The notes: generated by a model from the letters alone, not told the origin. A DNA stretch of 64,000 nucleotides from Vicinamibacterales bacterium (GCA_041394725.1 JAWKHR010000018.1:4359-68358); one strand, 5' to 3'; shown: positions 29,520 to 43,150, counted from the first letter of the stretch. Numbers and translations are program-made.

Positions 29520-29941
29520 GACACCTTCTCCTCGGCGAAGCGCTGGGCGAAGCGCGTCTTCATCGGCAGCTTGGCCGCCGCCAGCCGCATCGCCGCGCGC
29601 GCGTCGGCCAGCGACACGCCCTCGATCTCGAACAGGATCCGGCCGGGCTTGATCACCGCGACCCACTGCTCGGGCGCGCCCTTGCCCTTGCCCATCCGGG
29701 TTTCCTGCGGCTTCTTCGTGATCGGCTTGTCCGGGAACACCCGGATCCAGACCTTGCCGCCGCGCTTGATCCCGCGGGTCAGGGCGACGCGGGCGGCCTC
29801 GATCTGCCGGTCGGTCAGCCAGCACGGCTCGAGCGTCATCAGGCCGTAGTCCCCGAACGCCACCGTCGAGCCGCGCCACGCGAGCCCGCGCATGCGGCCG
29901 CGCTGCTGCTTGCGGTACTTGACCTTCTTCGGCATCAACAT
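29516..29941 (-). CDS. rplP: 50S ribosomal protein L16
   Basis: Begins [19 protein letters not shown]. 141 aa. Confidence 0.97.
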   Translation of the reverse strand: MLMPKKVKYRKQQRGRMRGLAWRGSTVAFGDYGLMTLEPCWLTDRQIEAARVALTRGIKRGGKVWIRVFPDKPITKKPQETRMGKGKGAPEQWVAVIKPGRILFEIEGVSLADARAAMRLAAAKLPMKTRFAQRFAEEKVS

Positions 29942-29976
29942 GATGTGTCTCTCTCAGTCAGCATCCGGCGCCGGCG

Positions 29977-30657
29977 TCACCGCCCGCCCGCGCGCCGCGG
30001 CTGCCGGTACTCCTCTTCGCGGCCGATCCGCGGCGAGAGGCGCTCGCCCTTGTACAGCCAGACCTTCACGCCAATCGCGCCGTAGGTCGTGAACGCCTCG
30101 GCGAAGCCGTAGTCGATGTCCGCGCGCAGCGTCTGGAGCGGCAGCTGCCCGTGCAGGTACCACTCGGACCGCGCAATCTCGGCGCCGTTGAGGCGCCCCG
30201 ACACGCGCACCTTGATCCCGCGCGCGCCGAACCGCAGGGCCGATTCGACGGCCTTGCGCATCGCGCGGCGGAACGCGACGCGCTTCTCGAGCTGCATCGC
30301 CACCGACTCGCCGATCAGCTGCGCGTCGAGCTCGGGCTTCTGGATCTCGAGGATGTTGATGAACACCTCGCGGCCCGTCGTCTTCTGCAGCTCCTGGCGC
30401 AGCCGGTCCACCTCGGTCCCCTTGCGGCCGATGATGATGCCGGGCCGGGACGTGTGGATGTCCACCTTCAGCTTGTTGGCCGCGCGCTCGATGTCGATTC
30501 GCGCGACGCCCGCGTGCGAGAACCGCGACTTGAGCTGCTGGCGGAGCTTCAGGTCCTCGTGCAGCAGCTTCGCGTAGTCCTTGTCGGCGAACCACCGCGA
30601 GCGCCAGGTCTTGTTGAACCCGAGCCGGAACCCGTAGGGATGAACCTTCTGACCCAT
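29977..30657 (-). CDS. rpsC: 30S ribosomal protein S3
   Basis: Begins [24 protein letters not shown]. 226 aa. Confidence 0.97.
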   Translation of the reverse strand: MGQKVHPYGFRLGFNKTWRSRWFADKDYAKLLHEDLKLRQQLKSRFSHAGVARIDIERAANKLKVDIHTSRPGIIIGRKGTEVDRLRQELQKTTGREVFINILEIQKPELDAQLIGESVAMQLEKRVAFRRAMRKAVESALRFGARGIKVRVSGRLNGAEIARSEWYLHGQLPLQTLRADIDYGFAEAFTTYGAIGVKVWLYKGERLSPRIGREEEYRQPRRAGGR

Positions 30658-30692
30658 AGCCGTCCTTGATCCTTCGTCCTGGGCGCCGGCCG

Positions 30693-31142
30693 TCAGGCCT
30701 TCGCCGCGCTCGTCTTCCCCGCCGCGGCCCCGGCCGCCCGGGACTTCCGCGGCTTCTTCGACGCGCCGCCCGCGGCGGCGACCGGCGCCACGCGCGCCGC
30801 GCGCTCGGCCACCGTCACGGTCAGGTGCGCCGTCCGCTTCACCACGCGGAACGCCCGGCCCATCGGCGCGGGGCGCACCCGCTTCATGCTCGGTCCCTGG
30901 TTCGCCCAGCAGCCCGACACGAAGAGCCGGTCGACGTCGCCGCCGAAACCGTCCTTCTGCTGCGCGTTGGCGATGGCCGACCGCAGCACCTTGGCGATGT
31001 CGCGCGCGATGGCCTTGCGCGAGAACCGCAGCGTCGCCAGCGCCTGCCCGACGGCGGCGCCGCGGATCTGGTCCATGACCAGGCCGGCCTTCTGCGCCGA
31101 CGTGCGCACGTAGCGTCCGGTGGCCTCCCCGGTGACCATCAC
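30693..31142 (-). CDS. rplV: 50S ribosomal protein L22 (Ala/Lys-rich C-terminal extension)
   Basis: Has ...[18 protein letters not shown]...HLTVTVAE. 149 aa. Confidence 0.95.
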   Translation of the reverse strand: MMVTGEATGRYVRTSAQKAGLVMDQIRGAAVGQALATLRFSRKAIARDIAKVLRSAIANAQQKDGFGGDVDRLFVSGCWANQGPSMKRVRPAPMGRAFRVVKRTAHLTVTVAERAARVAPVAAAGGASKKPRKSRAAGAAAGKTSAAKA

Positions 31143-31444
31143 GCGCCTCCCTTGCCCGCCGCGGCGACCTGCGCGGCCTTCTCGGCCTTCGTGGTGTGCC
31201 CCTTGAAGGCGCGGGTCGGCGCGAACTCGCCGAGCTTGTGCCCGACCATGTTCTCGGTGATGTACACCGGGATGAACTTCTTGCCGTTGTGCACCGCGAT
31301 CGTGTGCCCGACCATCTCGGGAATGACCGTGGAGCGCCGCGACCAGGTCTTGATGACCCGCTTCTCCGGCTCCCGGTTCATCGCCTCGACCTTCTCGAGG
31401 AGATGCACGTCGATGAAGGGGCCTTTCTTGAGCGATCGGGACAT
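31139..31444 (-). CDS. rpsS: 30S ribosomal protein S19
   Basis: Begins [19 protein letters not shown] and continues ...[12 protein letters not shown]. 101 aa. Confidence 0.97.
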   Translation of the reverse strand: MSRSLKKGPFIDVHLLEKVEAMNREPEKRVIKTWSRRSTVIPEMVGHTIAVHNGKKFIPVYITENMVGHKLGEFAPTRAFKGHTTKAEKAAQVAAAGKGGA

Positions 31445-31447
31445 GGC

Positions 31448-32272
31448 CTACTTCTTCCTCCGCTGCACGATGAAGCGATCGGTGCGCTTGTTACGGCGCG
31501 TCTTGTAGCCCTTCGTCGGGATGCCCCACGGCGTCACCGGGTGACGGCCGCCCGAGGTCTTGCCCTCGCCGCCGCCGAGCGGGTGATCCACCGGGTTCAT
31601 CGCCACGCCACGCACGTGCGGCCGGCGCCCGAGCCACCGGGTGCGCCCGGCCTTGCCGATCGAGACGTTCTCGTGGTCGATGTTGCCGACCTGCCCGATC
31701 GTGGCCAGGCACTCGATGTTGATGAGCCGGACCTCGCCCGACGGCATCTTCACCGAGGCGTACTCGCCTTCCTTGGCCACCAGCTGCACCGACGACCCGG
31801 CCGACCGCGCGATCTGGCCGCCCTTGCCCGGCTTGAGCTCCACGTTGTGCAGCTGCGTGCCGAGCGGAATCGCCTTGAGCGGCAGGCAGTTGCCCGGCAG
31901 GATGTCCGCCGTGTCGGCCGCGAGCACCGTGTCGCCGACCTTCAGGCCGAGCGGGTGCAGGATGTAGCGCTTCTCGCCGTCCGCGTAGGTGACGAGCGCG
32001 ATCCGCGCCGACCGGTTCGGGTCGTACTCGACCGTGGCGACCTTCCCGGGGATGCCGGTCTTGTCGCGCTTGAAGTCGATGATCCGGTAGTTCCGCTTGT
32101 GCCCGCCGCCGCGCCACCACGACGTCAGCTCGCCACGGTTGTTGCGGCCGCCCGAGCGGTGGAGCGGCTCGATGAGCGGCTTGTGGGGCTTGTCGGTCGT
32201 GATCTCGTCGAACGTCTGCACGCTCTGGAACCGGCGCCCCGCCGAAGTCGGCTTGTATTTGCGAATAGGCAT
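31448..32272 (-). CDS. rplB: 50S ribosomal protein L2
   Basis: ATG 32272 gives [18 protein letters not shown] and continues ...[18 protein letters not shown]. Confidence 0.97.
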   Translation of the reverse strand: MPIRKYKPTSAGRRFQSVQTFDEITTDKPHKPLIEPLHRSGGRNNRGELTSWWRGGGHKRNYRIIDFKRDKTGIPGKVATVEYDPNRSARIALVTYADGEKRYILHPLGLKVGDTVLAADTADILPGNCLPLKAIPLGTQLHNVELKPGKGGQIARSAGSSVQLVAKEGEYASVKMPSGEVRLINIECLATIGQVGNIDHENVSIGKAGRTRWLGRRPHVRGVAMNPVDHPLGGGEGKTSGGRHPVTPWGIPTKGYKTRRNKRTDRFIVQRRKK

Positions 32273-32273
32273 C

Positions 32274-32564
32274 TCAGGCTCCCTCGAAGACCTCGGGCAT
32301 CTTCTCGCCGGCCTTGAGCCGGACCCACGCCTTCTTCCAGTCCGGCCGCTGCCCGGCAAACCGGCCCTGGCGCTTGATCTTGCCGTGCATGATCTGGGTC
32401 CGCACCGTGGCGACCTTCGCGCCGAAGAGCTTCTCGACGGCGTGCTTCACCTCGATCTTGGTCGCCGCCCGCGCCACCTCGAAGACCAGCACCGGCCCGC
32501 TCGCGCGGGCGATGGTCGTCTTCTCGGTGATGAGCGGCCGCCGGATGACGTCGGTGACCTTCAT
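32274..32564 (-). CDS. rplW: 50S ribosomal protein L23
   Basis: This is the tail of ORF 32274..32993 from ATG 32564: [17 protein letters not shown]... It overlaps the rplD stop. Confidence 0.95.
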   Translation of the reverse strand: MKVTDVIRRPLITEKTTIARASGPVLVFEVARAATKIEVKHAVEKLFGAKVATVRTQIMHGKIKRQGRFAGQRPDWKKAWVRLKAGEKMPEVFEGA

Positions 32565-33181
32565 CGCAGCACCTCCTGCAGGCGCTCGAGCGCCGCGCGC
32601 GTGACGACGATGCGCCCCGCGTCCATCACGTCGCGCGGGGTGAGCCGGCCGCTCGGCACGAGCCGGACGCCCGCGATGTTCCGCGCCGACCGCGCGAACG
32701 CGTCGTCGAGCACCACGTCGGTCACGAGCGTCTTGCCCGTCGCGCCGATCCGCCTGAACATCGCGGCGGTCTCCTTCGTCTTCGGCGTCTCGGCCGCCAG
32801 GGCCTCGACGACGATGACGTCGCCCGCGCGGAGCCGCGACGCCATCGCGCTCCGCAGCGCGCCGCGCTCGACCTTGCGCGGCAGCGCGTAGTCGTAGCTG
32901 CGCGGCTGCGGGCCGAACACGGTGCCGCCCTTGCGCCACAGCGGGTTGCGCGCCTCGCCGACGCGGGCGCGGCCCGTGCCCTTCTGGCGCCACGGCTTGC
33001 GGCCGCTGCCCGAGACGAGCGCGCGGTTCTTGGTCATGTGCGTGCCGCGCCGCTCGGACGCGTTCTGCCGCACGACCGACTCCCAGATCAGGTCGGCCTT
33101 GACGGGCCCGGCGGTGAACGTCTCGCCGAGCTCGAAGCTCCCGACCTTCTCGTTCTGTCCGTTGACGATGTCGAGTTTCAT
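32561..33181 (-). CDS. rplD: 50S ribosomal protein L4
   Basis: ATG 33181 gives MKLDIVNGQNEKVGSFEL and continues ...SGSGRKPWRQKGTGRAR. Confidence 0.96.
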   Translation of the reverse strand: MKLDIVNGQNEKVGSFELGETFTAGPVKADLIWESVVRQNASERRGTHMTKNRALVSGSGRKPWRQKGTGRARVGEARNPLWRKGGTVFGPQPRSYDYALPRKVERGALRSAMASRLRAGDVIVVEALAAETPKTKETAAMFRRIGATGKTLVTDVVLDDAFARSARNIAGVRLVPSGRLTPRDVMDAGRIVVTRAALERLQEVLR

Positions 33182-33194
33182 GGCGCGATCCGCC

Positions 33195-33878
33195 TCACTT
33201 CTTGCCCTTCTTGGGCTTCTCCGCCTGCGGCTGCGGCTCGGGCTTGCGCGCCACGGCCTGGCGCACGACGACGATGCCACCCGGCGCGCCCGGCACGGCG
33301 CCGTGCACCACCAGCAGGTGGCTCTCGGCGTCCACGCGGACGACGCGCAGGTTCCGCGTGGTGACGCGCTTGCCGCCCATCCGGCCGGCCGCGCGCATGC
33401 CCTTCACGACGCGGGACGGGAACGACGAGGCGCCGATCGAGCCCGGCGCCCGGTGGAACATCGAGCCGTGCGTCGCGGCGCCGCCGCCGAAGTTGTGCCG
33501 CTTCATGACGCCCTGGAAGCCCTTGCCCCGGCCGTTCGCGATGATGTCCACGCGGTCGCCCGTGCTGAAGATGCTGACCAGCACCTGGTCGCCCGGCTTC
33601 GGCGCCTCGGCACCGGCCTTCACCGTGACCTCGCGCCGCACGCGCGTCGGGGGCACCGCGGCCTTCTTGTAGTGGCCGGCCATGGGCTTGTTCGCCTTCA
33701 CGGGCGTCTCGTCCACCAGCCCGAGCTGGACGGCCTCGTAGCCGTCGGTCGCCGCGGACTTGGCCTGCACGACCACGCACGGTCCGACCTTGATCACCGT
33801 GCCCGGGACGACCGTGCCGTCCGGCTCGAAGACCTGCGTCATCCCGACCTTGCGTCCGATGAGTCCTGTCACCATCAC
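33195..33878 (-). CDS. rplC: 50S ribosomal protein L3
   Basis: Begins [17 protein letters not shown]. 227 aa. Confidence 0.97.
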   Translation of the reverse strand: MMVTGLIGRKVGMTQVFEPDGTVVPGTVIKVGPCVVVQAKSAATDGYEAVQLGLVDETPVKANKPMAGHYKKAAVPPTRVRREVTVKAGAEAPKPGDQVLVSIFSTGDRVDIIANGRGKGFQGVMKRHNFGGGAATHGSMFHRAPGSIGASSFPSRVVKGMRAAGRMGGKRVTTRNLRVVRVDAESHLLVVHGAVPGAPGGIVVVRQAVARKPEPQPQAEKPKKGKK

Positions 33879-33975
33879 ACCCTCGCCTGTCGGCGCTCGG
33901 CGCCCGGCGCGCGGCTTCCGGGCGGCGCGTCAGACCCGCGCCGCACGCCGGAGGCCGGCCCGCCGATCCCCGGCC

Positions 33976-34311
<336 letters not shown>

Positions 34312-34321
34312 GGGTGACTCT

Positions 34322-36430
<2,109 letters not shown>

Positions 36431-36438
36431 GACGAGGG

Positions 36439-36912
36439 TTACCAGCGATAGTGCGCGAAGGCCTTGTTGGCTTCCGCCATGCGATGCGTGTCCTCGCGCT
36501 TCTTGACCGCACCGCCGCGGAGATTGGCCGCGTCCATGAACTCGTTGGCGAGCTTCTCCTGCATCGTCTTGCCGTCCGCGCGGTCACGCGCGTAACCGGC
36601 CAGCCAGCGGATGGAGAGCGACAGGCGCCGGTTCGGGTTGACCTCGATCGGCACCTGGTAGTTCGACCCGCCGACCCGGCGCGACTTCACCTCGAGCGCC
36701 GGCTTCACGTTGTCGACCGCCTTCTTGAAGACCTTCAGCGGATCGTCCTCGGTCTTCTCCTTCACGATGTCGAGCGCCTTGTACATGATCCGCTCGGCCG
36801 TGGAGCGCTTGCCCCCACGCATGATCGTGCTGATGAACTTCGTCACCAGCGGACTGCCGTAGATCGGATCCGCCGGAACCTCGCGCTTCGGGATCTCTCT
36901 GCGTCGCGGCAT
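36439..36912 (-). CDS. rpsG: 30S ribosomal protein S7
   Basis: Begins [20 protein letters not shown] and ends ...AHYRW. 157 aa. Confidence 0.97.
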   Translation of the reverse strand: MPRRREIPKREVPADPIYGSPLVTKFISTIMRGGKRSTAERIMYKALDIVKEKTEDDPLKVFKKAVDNVKPALEVKSRRVGGSNYQVPIEVNPNRRLSLSIRWLAGYARDRADGKTMQEKLANEFMDAANLRGGAVKKREDTHRMAEANKAFAHYRW

Positions 36913-36915
36913 GGT

Positions 36916-37293
36916 CTACGCCTTCTTGGGCCGCTTGGCCCCGTACTTCGAACGCCCCTGCATCCGCCCGGCCACGCCCACCGCGTCGAGCGTCCCGCGC
37001 ACGACGTGATACCGCACGCCCGGCAGGTCCTTCACGCGGCCCCCGCGGATGAGCACCAGCGAGTGCTCCTGCAGGTTGTGCCCCACGCCCGGGATGTAGG
37101 TCGTCACCTCGATGCCGTTGGTCAGCCGCACGCGCGCCACCTTCCGGAGCGCCGAGTTCGGCTTCTTCGGGGTCTGCGTGAACACGCGCACGCACACGCC
37201 GCGCTTCTGCGGGCTGCGCTGCAGCGCCGGGCTCTTCGTCTTGCTCAGGACCTTCTCGCGCCCCTGGCGGACCAACTGGCTGATCGTCGGCAC
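36916..37293 (-). CDS. rpsL: 30S ribosomal protein S12
   Basis: In-frame part of ORF 36916..37518. GTG 37293 follows GGAGTGGAG and gives (M)[14 protein letters not shown] and ...[13 protein letters not shown]. 125 aa. Confidence 0.95.
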   Translation of the reverse strand: MPTISQLVRQGREKVLSKTKSPALQRSPQKRGVCVRVFTQTPKKPNSALRKVARVRLTNGIEVTTYIPGVGHNLQEHSLVLIRGGRVKDLPGVRYHVVRGTLDAVGVAGRMQGRSKYGAKRPKKA

Positions 37294-37789
37294 GTCGTTC
37301 TCCACTCCCGCGGCGCCGGCCCCGACCGACACCGGATGCTCGCCACCCGTCGCGAAGGGACGCCACGCCCCGCCGCCGACCGGCAACGATCCACGCCGCC
37401 GCCACCGGCGGCGCGGTTGCGTCACGGGCCTGAGAGCACGCGCTCGGCGCCCGAGACAATCCCCTATTGCTGAATCACAGCCATGGTGATCGGCGTCCGG
37501 ACGCCCGTCGGCATCCACCGATCACGCGGAATCGACCAGGAAGCGGGAGCTTCGACTGGAAGCGGGCCTAGATAGGGTGTCCTAAGCCCGAAATAACCTT
37601 GCGAGGGTAGCACGCCCGCAAGCAGGGGGTCAAGATCGTGATCCCAGGCCAGGCGCGGCTCGGCGAGGCCTCGCGGGGCAGTGCCCGCCTCGCGCCTCCC
37701 CTGGGGCCAGCCGACGCTCCCCCCGCCAGCCTCCCAGTGGCCCGTCCAAGCACGTCCAGGGCCTCCCGGGCCACGGGATCGGGTTTAGG

Positions 37790-39508
37790 ATGCCGCACAT
37801 GCGATTCGCCGAACCGCTCCGAGCCCTCCAGACCCTGCGGCCGCTCCGCCCCATCGCCGGCGCAGGCGCCCTGGCCCTCGCCCTGGCCGCCCTCGCGACG
37901 ACCGCCGCCGGCCGGCAGGCCGCCGGCCCCGGCCCGTGGTTCGAGGTCGAGTTCCCGGCGGCCGCCCGGGCCGAGCCCGTGACCGGCCGCGTCTACGTGG
38001 CCATCAGCCGGCCCGGGGAATCCCGAACCCCGATCCAGCAGGCCAGCCCGACCGGCGCCCCCCTGTTCTCGGTGCCCGTCGAGGCCCTGGCCCCTGGCCA
38101 GCCAGCCCGCATCGGACCGGCCGCCTTCGGCCACCCCGTCCAGAGCCTCCGCGACCTTCCCGCCGGCGACTACGTCGTCCAGCCCTTCGTGAACGTCTAC
38201 ACGAAGTTCGAGCGGGCGGACGGGCACACCGTCTGGCTCCACATGGATCAGTGGGAAGGGCAGGACTGGAAGCGGTCGCCCGGCAACCTGTTCGGCGCGC
38301 CGGTGACCGTCCACCTCGACCCGGCCTCCCCCGCGCCGATCCGCCTGACCGCCGACCAGGTCATCCCCCCGGTGACGGTGCCGCCGGACACCGAGTTCGT
38401 CAAGCGGATCCGGATCCAGAGCGACATCCTCACGAAGTGGTGGGGCCACCCGATCTACCTCGGGGCCACCGTGCTGCTGCCGAAGGGCTTCGCGGACCAC
38501 CCGGACGCCCGGTATCCGGTCGTGTATTCCCAGGGCCACTTCTCGCTCGGAGCGCCGGGGGGCTTCGGGCGCGACCAGGACTTCACGGCGTACTGGCAGG
38601 CCGACGACACGCCGCGGATGCTCTACGTCACGCTGCAGCACCCGTCGCCGTACTACGACGACTCCTACGGCGTGAACTCCGAGAACAACGGCCCCTACGG
38701 CGACGCGATCACCCGGGAGCTGCTGCCGGAGGTCGAACGGCGCTTCCGCGCGATCGGCCAGCCGTGGGCGCGCGTCCTGACCGGCGGATCGACCGGCGGC
38801 TGGATCGCGGTGGCGCACCAGGTGTTCTACCCCGATCTCTACGGCGGCACGTTCGCGCTCTGCCCCGACTCGGTGGACTTCCGCTACCACCAGATCGTCA
38901 ACGTCTACGACGACGCCAACGCCTACTGGATCGATCGGGGCTGGATGAGGGTGGAGCGCCCGAACCAGCGCCGGCCGGACGGCAACATCCAGTCGATGAT
39001 GAAGGACGAGAACTGGTACGAGCTGGTCGTCGGCGACCGGTCTCGATCGGGCGGCCAGTGGGACATCTGGGAGGCGACCTACTCGCCCGTCGGCCCGGAC
39101 GGCTATCCCCGGCGGATCTGGGACAAGCGCACGGGCGAGATCGACCACGAGGTGGCCGCCTACTGGAAGGCGCACTACGACCTGCGGAACATCCTGGAGA
39201 CGAACTGGACGACGCTCGGCCCGAAGGTCGCGCACAAGCTGCACGTCTACATCGGCGACATGGACTCGTACTACCTGAACATGGGCGTCCGCGAGCTCGA
39301 CGAGTTCCTCCGCGAGCGCGCGGTGGATCCGCCGTTCACGGGCGAGGTCGTCTTCCAGCCGATGGCGCCGCACTGCTGGGGACCACGGGGCGCTGACCTG
39401 ATGGGGCGGATCGCCGCGCACGTGCTGCGCTACGCGCCGGCCGGCGCGGACGTGCGGAGCTGGCGCTCCCCTGGCCGGGACCGCCCGGTCACTTCGAGCG
39501 GGCGTTGA
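37790..39508 (+). CDS. Secreted alpha/beta-hydrolase, esterase-like
   Basis: 572 aa (alternative start ATG 37799). Signal-like AGAGALALALAALATTAAG. The C-terminal half has a nucleophile elbow (VLTGGSTGGW, GxSxG) in a putative-esterase-like context. The 3' end overlaps the convergent gene by 20 nt. Confidence 0.6.
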   Translation: MPHMRFAEPLRALQTLRPLRPIAGAGALALALAALATTAAGRQAAGPGPWFEVEFPAAARAEPVTGRVYVAISRPGESRTPIQQASPTGAPLFSVPVEALAPGQPARIGPAAFGHPVQSLRDLPAGDYVVQPFVNVYTKFERADGHTVWLHMDQWEGQDWKRSPGNLFGAPVTVHLDPASPAPIRLTADQVIPPVTVPPDTEFVKRIRIQSDILTKWWGHPIYLGATVLLPKGFADHPDARYPVVYSQGHFSLGAPGGFGRDQDFTAYWQADDTPRMLYVTLQHPSPYYDDSYGVNSENNGPYGDAITRELLPEVERRFRAIGQPWARVLTGGSTGGWIAVAHQVFYPDLYGGTFALCPDSVDFRYHQIVNVYDDANAYWIDRGWMRVERPNQRRPDGNIQSMMKDENWYELVVGDRSRSGGQWDIWEATYSPVGPDGYPRRIWDKRTGEIDHEVAAYWKAHYDLRNILETNWTTLGPKVAHKLHVYIGDMDSYYLNMGVRELDEFLRERAVDPPFTGEVVFQPMAPHCWGPRGADLMGRIAAHVLRYAPAGADVRSWRSPGRDRPVTSSGR

Positions 39509-40727
39509 CGTCGAAGTAGCTGCGGATGCGTCCGGCCTTGTAGTCGGCGACGAGCGCGGCGATGGGATCGAGCGCGCTCGCACGGCCGTCGCTCCACTGG
39601 TAGGGCCCGCGGTAGCCGTAGCGGCTCGAGACGGAGCGGATGAACACGCTCTTCTCGTCCACGGGCAGCGTCGCCACGTTGGCCGCGAACGCGTCCCACA
39701 GGTTGTCCTGGAAGAGGTACTGCTCGACGTTCGAAACGTAGAACGCCGAGACGACCGCGTCGTGCTCTCGGATGTACTGGCCCACCGCGCGGAGCGCCTT
39801 CGGGCCCGCGAAGTTGCCGACGACGGGCACGATCAGGTTGCGCTCCTCGAGGCCCTTGACGTACTTGAAGTTGGCCTCGCTCGCCAGGTAGCTGCGCGCC
39901 TCCCCCTCCCAGTCCGTCTGCATCATCATCTCCTCGTAGGTCGGGAAGTTGCTGAAGCCGCGTCCGCCGAACCCGCGCTGGTTGCTGCTCGAGTAGCGGA
40001 TGCCGGGACCGTCCCAGAAGAAGGCGTAGTAGATCTCCTCCAGGTGCTGCAGGTCTGAGGGCGTGAGCGGGAAGCCGCGCGTCTTGACGAGGTGCGCTTT
40101 GATGGCCGAAAGGTTGTCCTGGTACCGCTTCTGGTACTCCTCGTCGCTCAGCCGGATCCTGTCGAACGCCGTGAAGATCTCGGCCACGGTCGCGTCCGGC
40201 CTCAGCCCCTCGGGCCGCGTCTTCGAGAAGAGCCGGGCGACGAAATCGGCCCGGTCCGTCGAGAGCTCGAAGATCGCCTTGTACATCAGGTGCTGCAGCA
40301 GGTTGCCGCGGCGGATGTCCACGATGAACGCCATCGCCGGCTGCGTCGCGATCATGTAGGTGAAGTTCTGGTCGGGCGCGACCCCCAGGTAGACCTGGCC
40401 CTGCCGCGCCGCCTGCTGCAGCGCGGGGATCACGTACTCGTAGGTGTGCTCGTTGGAGACGAGGTTCTCGGAGCGGAAGAACCCGTCGGGCTCTGACAGC
40501 GCCGTGGACAGGCGCCAGAACTCCTGGTTGCTCAGGCGCGACGGCAGGCTGGTGGCCGCCGCCGGTGTCCCGGCGAGCCCGGCCGGCGCCGCGGGCGCCC
40601 CGGAGAACCCGGACCGCGCGGGTGCGGCGGCCACGCCACGCGTGAACGGCGTGGCGGGCGCGAACGGCGCGGACGGCGCCAGCCACAGCAGCAGCAGGAC
40701 GAACGGAACGACGCGACGCCGGATCAT
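39489..40727 (-). CDS. Uncharacterised signal-anchored protein, paralog A of a tandem triplet
   Basis: ORF 39489..40739 (GTG); ATG 40727 gives MIRRRVVPFVLLLLWLAPSAPFA. It shares long conserved blocks with the next two genes: FRSENLVSNE, VYLGVAPDQNFTYMIA, AFIVDIRRGNLLQHLMYKAIFELS, NLIVPVVGNFAGPKALRAVGQYIRE and SAFYVSNVEQYLFQ. Confidence 0.8.
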   Translation of the reverse strand: MIRRRVVPFVLLLLWLAPSAPFAPATPFTRGVAAAPARSGFSGAPAAPAGLAGTPAAATSLPSRLSNQEFWRLSTALSEPDGFFRSENLVSNEHTYEYVIPALQQAARQGQVYLGVAPDQNFTYMIATQPAMAFIVDIRRGNLLQHLMYKAIFELSTDRADFVARLFSKTRPEGLRPDATVAEIFTAFDRIRLSDEEYQKRYQDNLSAIKAHLVKTRGFPLTPSDLQHLEEIYYAFFWDGPGIRYSSSNQRGFGGRGFSNFPTYEEMMMQTDWEGEARSYLASEANFKYVKGLEERNLIVPVVGNFAGPKALRAVGQYIREHDAVVSAFYVSNVEQYLFQDNLWDAFAANVATLPVDEKSVFIRSVSSRYGYRGPYQWSDGRASALDPIAALVADYKAGRIRSYFDVNARSK

Positions 40728-40761
40728 GGAATTCCCCACCTGCGGGCCCAGACCGCGGCCC

Positions 40762-41913
40762 TCAACGAGTATGCATCGTCACGTCCCAGTATGACGTGAT
40801 CCGGCCCGCGGCGAAGTCGGCCATCAGCCCGGGCATCGAATCCAGCTTGGTCACCGAGCGCGACCCGACCGGCGAATCGCAGGTGTTGAAACAGGAGCGG
40901 ATGAACGTGCTGGACTCGCCGAGCGGAAGCGCCATGACGTTGCGCGCGAACTCCCCCCAGATCCGGTCCTGGAAGAGGTACTGCTCCACGTTGGACGTGT
41001 AGAACGCGGTCACGGTCGCGCCCCGGTCCCGGAGGTAGGCGCCGACGGCGCGCAGGGCCTTCGGGCCCGCGAAGTTGCCGACGAGCGGCACGATGAGGTT
41101 GGCGCGCTGCATCGCCCGGACGGCCTGGTAGGCCTCGTCCGACGCCAGGTACGCCCGGTGGTGGCCCTCGCCGTCGGTCGCGACCTGCAGGGCCTGGAAG
41201 CTCGGGTAGCGCGGATTGCGGCGCGCGAACATCCCGCCGCCGGCGTTCGAGTACGCCAGGAAGGGCCCGGCCGCGAAGAAGCTGCTGTAGACGTACTCGA
41301 TGCCCTCGCGATCCCCGCGGGCGAGGCGGAAGCCGTGCACCTCGGTGAGCTGCCGGTAGATGGCCTGGAGGTTGTCCTCGTAGGCCTGCCGGTCCGGTCG
41401 CGCGTTGACGAAGGCGTCGAACAGCTCGCCCGGCGGCACGTCCCGCCCGACACCGTCCGGGGCCGGTCGGGAAAACAGCTTCGAGAGGAACGTCGCCCGG
41501 TCCTCCGACAGCTCGAACAACGCCTTGTACATGAGGTGGGCGTGCAGGTTCCCGCGCCGGATGTCCACGATGAAGGCGAGCTTCGGCCGCAGCGCCGCGA
41601 GGTAGGTGAAGTTCTGGTCGGGGCCGACGCCGAGGTAGACGCCGCCGGGCCGGACGATGCGCGTGAGCTCGGGGATGACGTGCTGGAACGTGTCCTCGTT
41701 CGAAACGAGGTTGTCCGAGCGGAAGAACCCGCCGGCTTCCGAGTAGTCCTCGACGAGCGCCCAGAACTCGCGGTCGGTGAGCGCGCCGGGCAGGTCGAGG
41801 ACGGTCGCCGAAATCGACTGCGTCCACACCCAGACCGACAGCGCCAGCACCAGGACGAGCGGTGGTGCCGCCAGGAGCAGACGCCGGCGGGTCGTGTCGG
41901 TCATGCGTGCCAT
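40762..41913 (-). CDS. Uncharacterised signal-anchored protein, paralog B
   Basis: 383 aa. Begins MARMTDTTRRRLLLAAPPLVLVLALSVWVW. Blocks are FRSDNLVSNE, VYLGVGPDQNFTYLAA, AFIVDIRRGNLHAHLMYKALFELS, NLIVPLVGNFAGPKALRAVGAYLRD and TAFYTSNVEQYLFQ. Confidence 0.8.
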   Translation of the reverse strand: MARMTDTTRRRLLLAAPPLVLVLALSVWVWTQSISATVLDLPGALTDREFWALVEDYSEAGGFFRSDNLVSNEDTFQHVIPELTRIVRPGGVYLGVGPDQNFTYLAALRPKLAFIVDIRRGNLHAHLMYKALFELSEDRATFLSKLFSRPAPDGVGRDVPPGELFDAFVNARPDRQAYEDNLQAIYRQLTEVHGFRLARGDREGIEYVYSSFFAAGPFLAYSNAGGGMFARRNPRYPSFQALQVATDGEGHHRAYLASDEAYQAVRAMQRANLIVPLVGNFAGPKALRAVGAYLRDRGATVTAFYTSNVEQYLFQDRIWGEFARNVMALPLGESSTFIRSCFNTCDSPVGSRSVTKLDSMPGLMADFAAGRITSYWDVTMHTR

Positions 41914-41968
41914 TCAACCCCGCGGAACGAGCCCCCGCCGCCCGGCGCTGGCGGCGGCCCGGCAACGG

Positions 41969-43150
41969 TCAGCGGCCGGGCGGACTCCCAGGGCCGCCGA
42001 CGGGGACGGACGGACCACAGCCCTTCGTCTCGGCCGCCATGCCGCCGAGCGAGTTGACCAGGCCGCCGCCCCCGCCGCCGAACGAGCGGTTCTGCGACGA
42101 CCGGATGAACGTGCTCCGCTCATCGAGCGGCATCGTCGCGACGTTCGCGCAGAACGCGCGCCAGACGCCCTGCTGGTTCAGGTACTGCTCGACGTTGGAC
42201 AGGTAGAAGGCCGAGACCGTCGAGCCGTGATCGCGGATGTAGCGTCCCACCGATCGGAGCGCCTTCGGCCCCGCGAAATTGCCGACGACCGGGACGACCA
42301 GGTTCCGCTCTTCCAGGCGCTTGAGGGTGCGGAAGGCCGCGTCGCTGGCCAGAAAGCTCCGCGCGGCGCCGCGCTGGTCGGTCGCGGTCATCAGGTCGTA
42401 ATAGCTGGCCATGTTGCTGCGGCCGAACCCGCGGCCCGACGACGAGTTGTACGTGAGCGGCGGCCCGTACCAGTAGAAGTAGTAGTAGACGTTGTCGATG
42501 ATCGCCCGCTGGTCCCGCTCGGAGAGCGGGATGTGGTGCGTCTTCGTCAACAGGTCGAGGATGTCCTGGCTGTTCTGCTTGAAGGCGGCCTCGCCGCTCG
42601 TGTCGACCTGCGCGTAGGCGTCGAAGATCTCCTGCGCCGAGGAGTCCCGGGTCAGCGACGCGGGGCGCGGCTTGGTGAACAGCCGCGAGACGAACTCGGC
42701 GCGGTCGTTCGAGAGTTCGAAGAGCGCCTTGTACATCAGCTGCGTGTGCAGGTTGCCGCGCCGGATGTCGGTGATGAAGACCATCCGTGGCTCGAGCGCG
42801 GCGATGTAGGTGAAGTTCTGTTCCGGACCGACGCCGAGGTACACCGCGCCCTTGCGGCTGCGCGCCAGCAGGTCGTCGAGCGTGTACTGGAACCAGATTT
42901 CGTTCGAGACGAGGTTGTCGGATCGGAACTCGCCGTCCGCCTCGGAGAGTTCCTGGCTGAGCGCCCAGAAGGCCTCGTCGGTGAGGCGGTCCGGCAGGGG
43001 GTCGGCGACCGCGCGCCCGGCGTGGCTGGCAACCCGGCGCCTGGCAGGCCGGCGGCCGGCCGGCGGCGCGGCGCGGACGACGGGCGCCAGGCCGGCGAGC
43101 GCGATGGCCGCGACGAGACCTGCGGCAAGGGCGGCAGCGCGTCGTGTCAT
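41969..43150 (-). CDS. Uncharacterised signal-anchored protein, paralog C
   Basis: 393 aa. Begins MTRRAAALAAGLVAAIALAGLAPVVRA. Blocks are FRSDNLVSNE, VYLGVGPEQNFTYIAA, VFITDIRRGNLHTQLMYKALFELS, NLVVPVVGNFAGPKALRSVGRYIRD and SAFYLSNVEQYLNQ. It has a Gly-rich C-terminal tail. Confidence 0.8.
   Translation of the reverse strand: MTRRAAALAAGLVAAIALAGLAPVVRAAPPAGRRPARRRVASHAGRAVADPLPDRLTDEAFWALSQELSEADGEFRSDNLVSNEIWFQYTLDDLLARSRKGAVYLGVGPEQNFTYIAALEPRMVFITDIRRGNLHTQLMYKALFELSNDRAEFVSRLFTKPRPASLTRDSSAQEIFDAYAQVDTSGEAAFKQNSQDILDLLTKTHHIPLSERDQRAIIDNVYYYFYWYGPPLTYNSSSGRGFGRSNMASYYDLMTATDQRGAARSFLASDAAFRTLKRLEERNLVVPVVGNFAGPKALRSVGRYIRDHGSTVSAFYLSNVEQYLNQQGVWRAFCANVATMPLDERSTFIRSSQNRSFGGGGGGLVNSLGGMAAETKGCGPSVPVGGPGSPPGR

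Noticed and set aside
37294-37789. Possible promoter for the str operon (minus-strand TTGACC 37633-37628, 18 nt, TACCCT 37609-37604) and a ~300-nt leader
   Set aside because: The hexamers are plausible, but the implied 5' UTR is long and I cannot evaluate alternatives without a scan. It is too weak to list as a feature.
37568-39583. 671-aa minus-strand ORF and 486-aa alternative plus frame over the esterase gene
   Set aside because: The frame 37790..39508 has a signal peptide, normal amino-acid composition and a GxSxG elbow. The others are Arg/Pro-rich.
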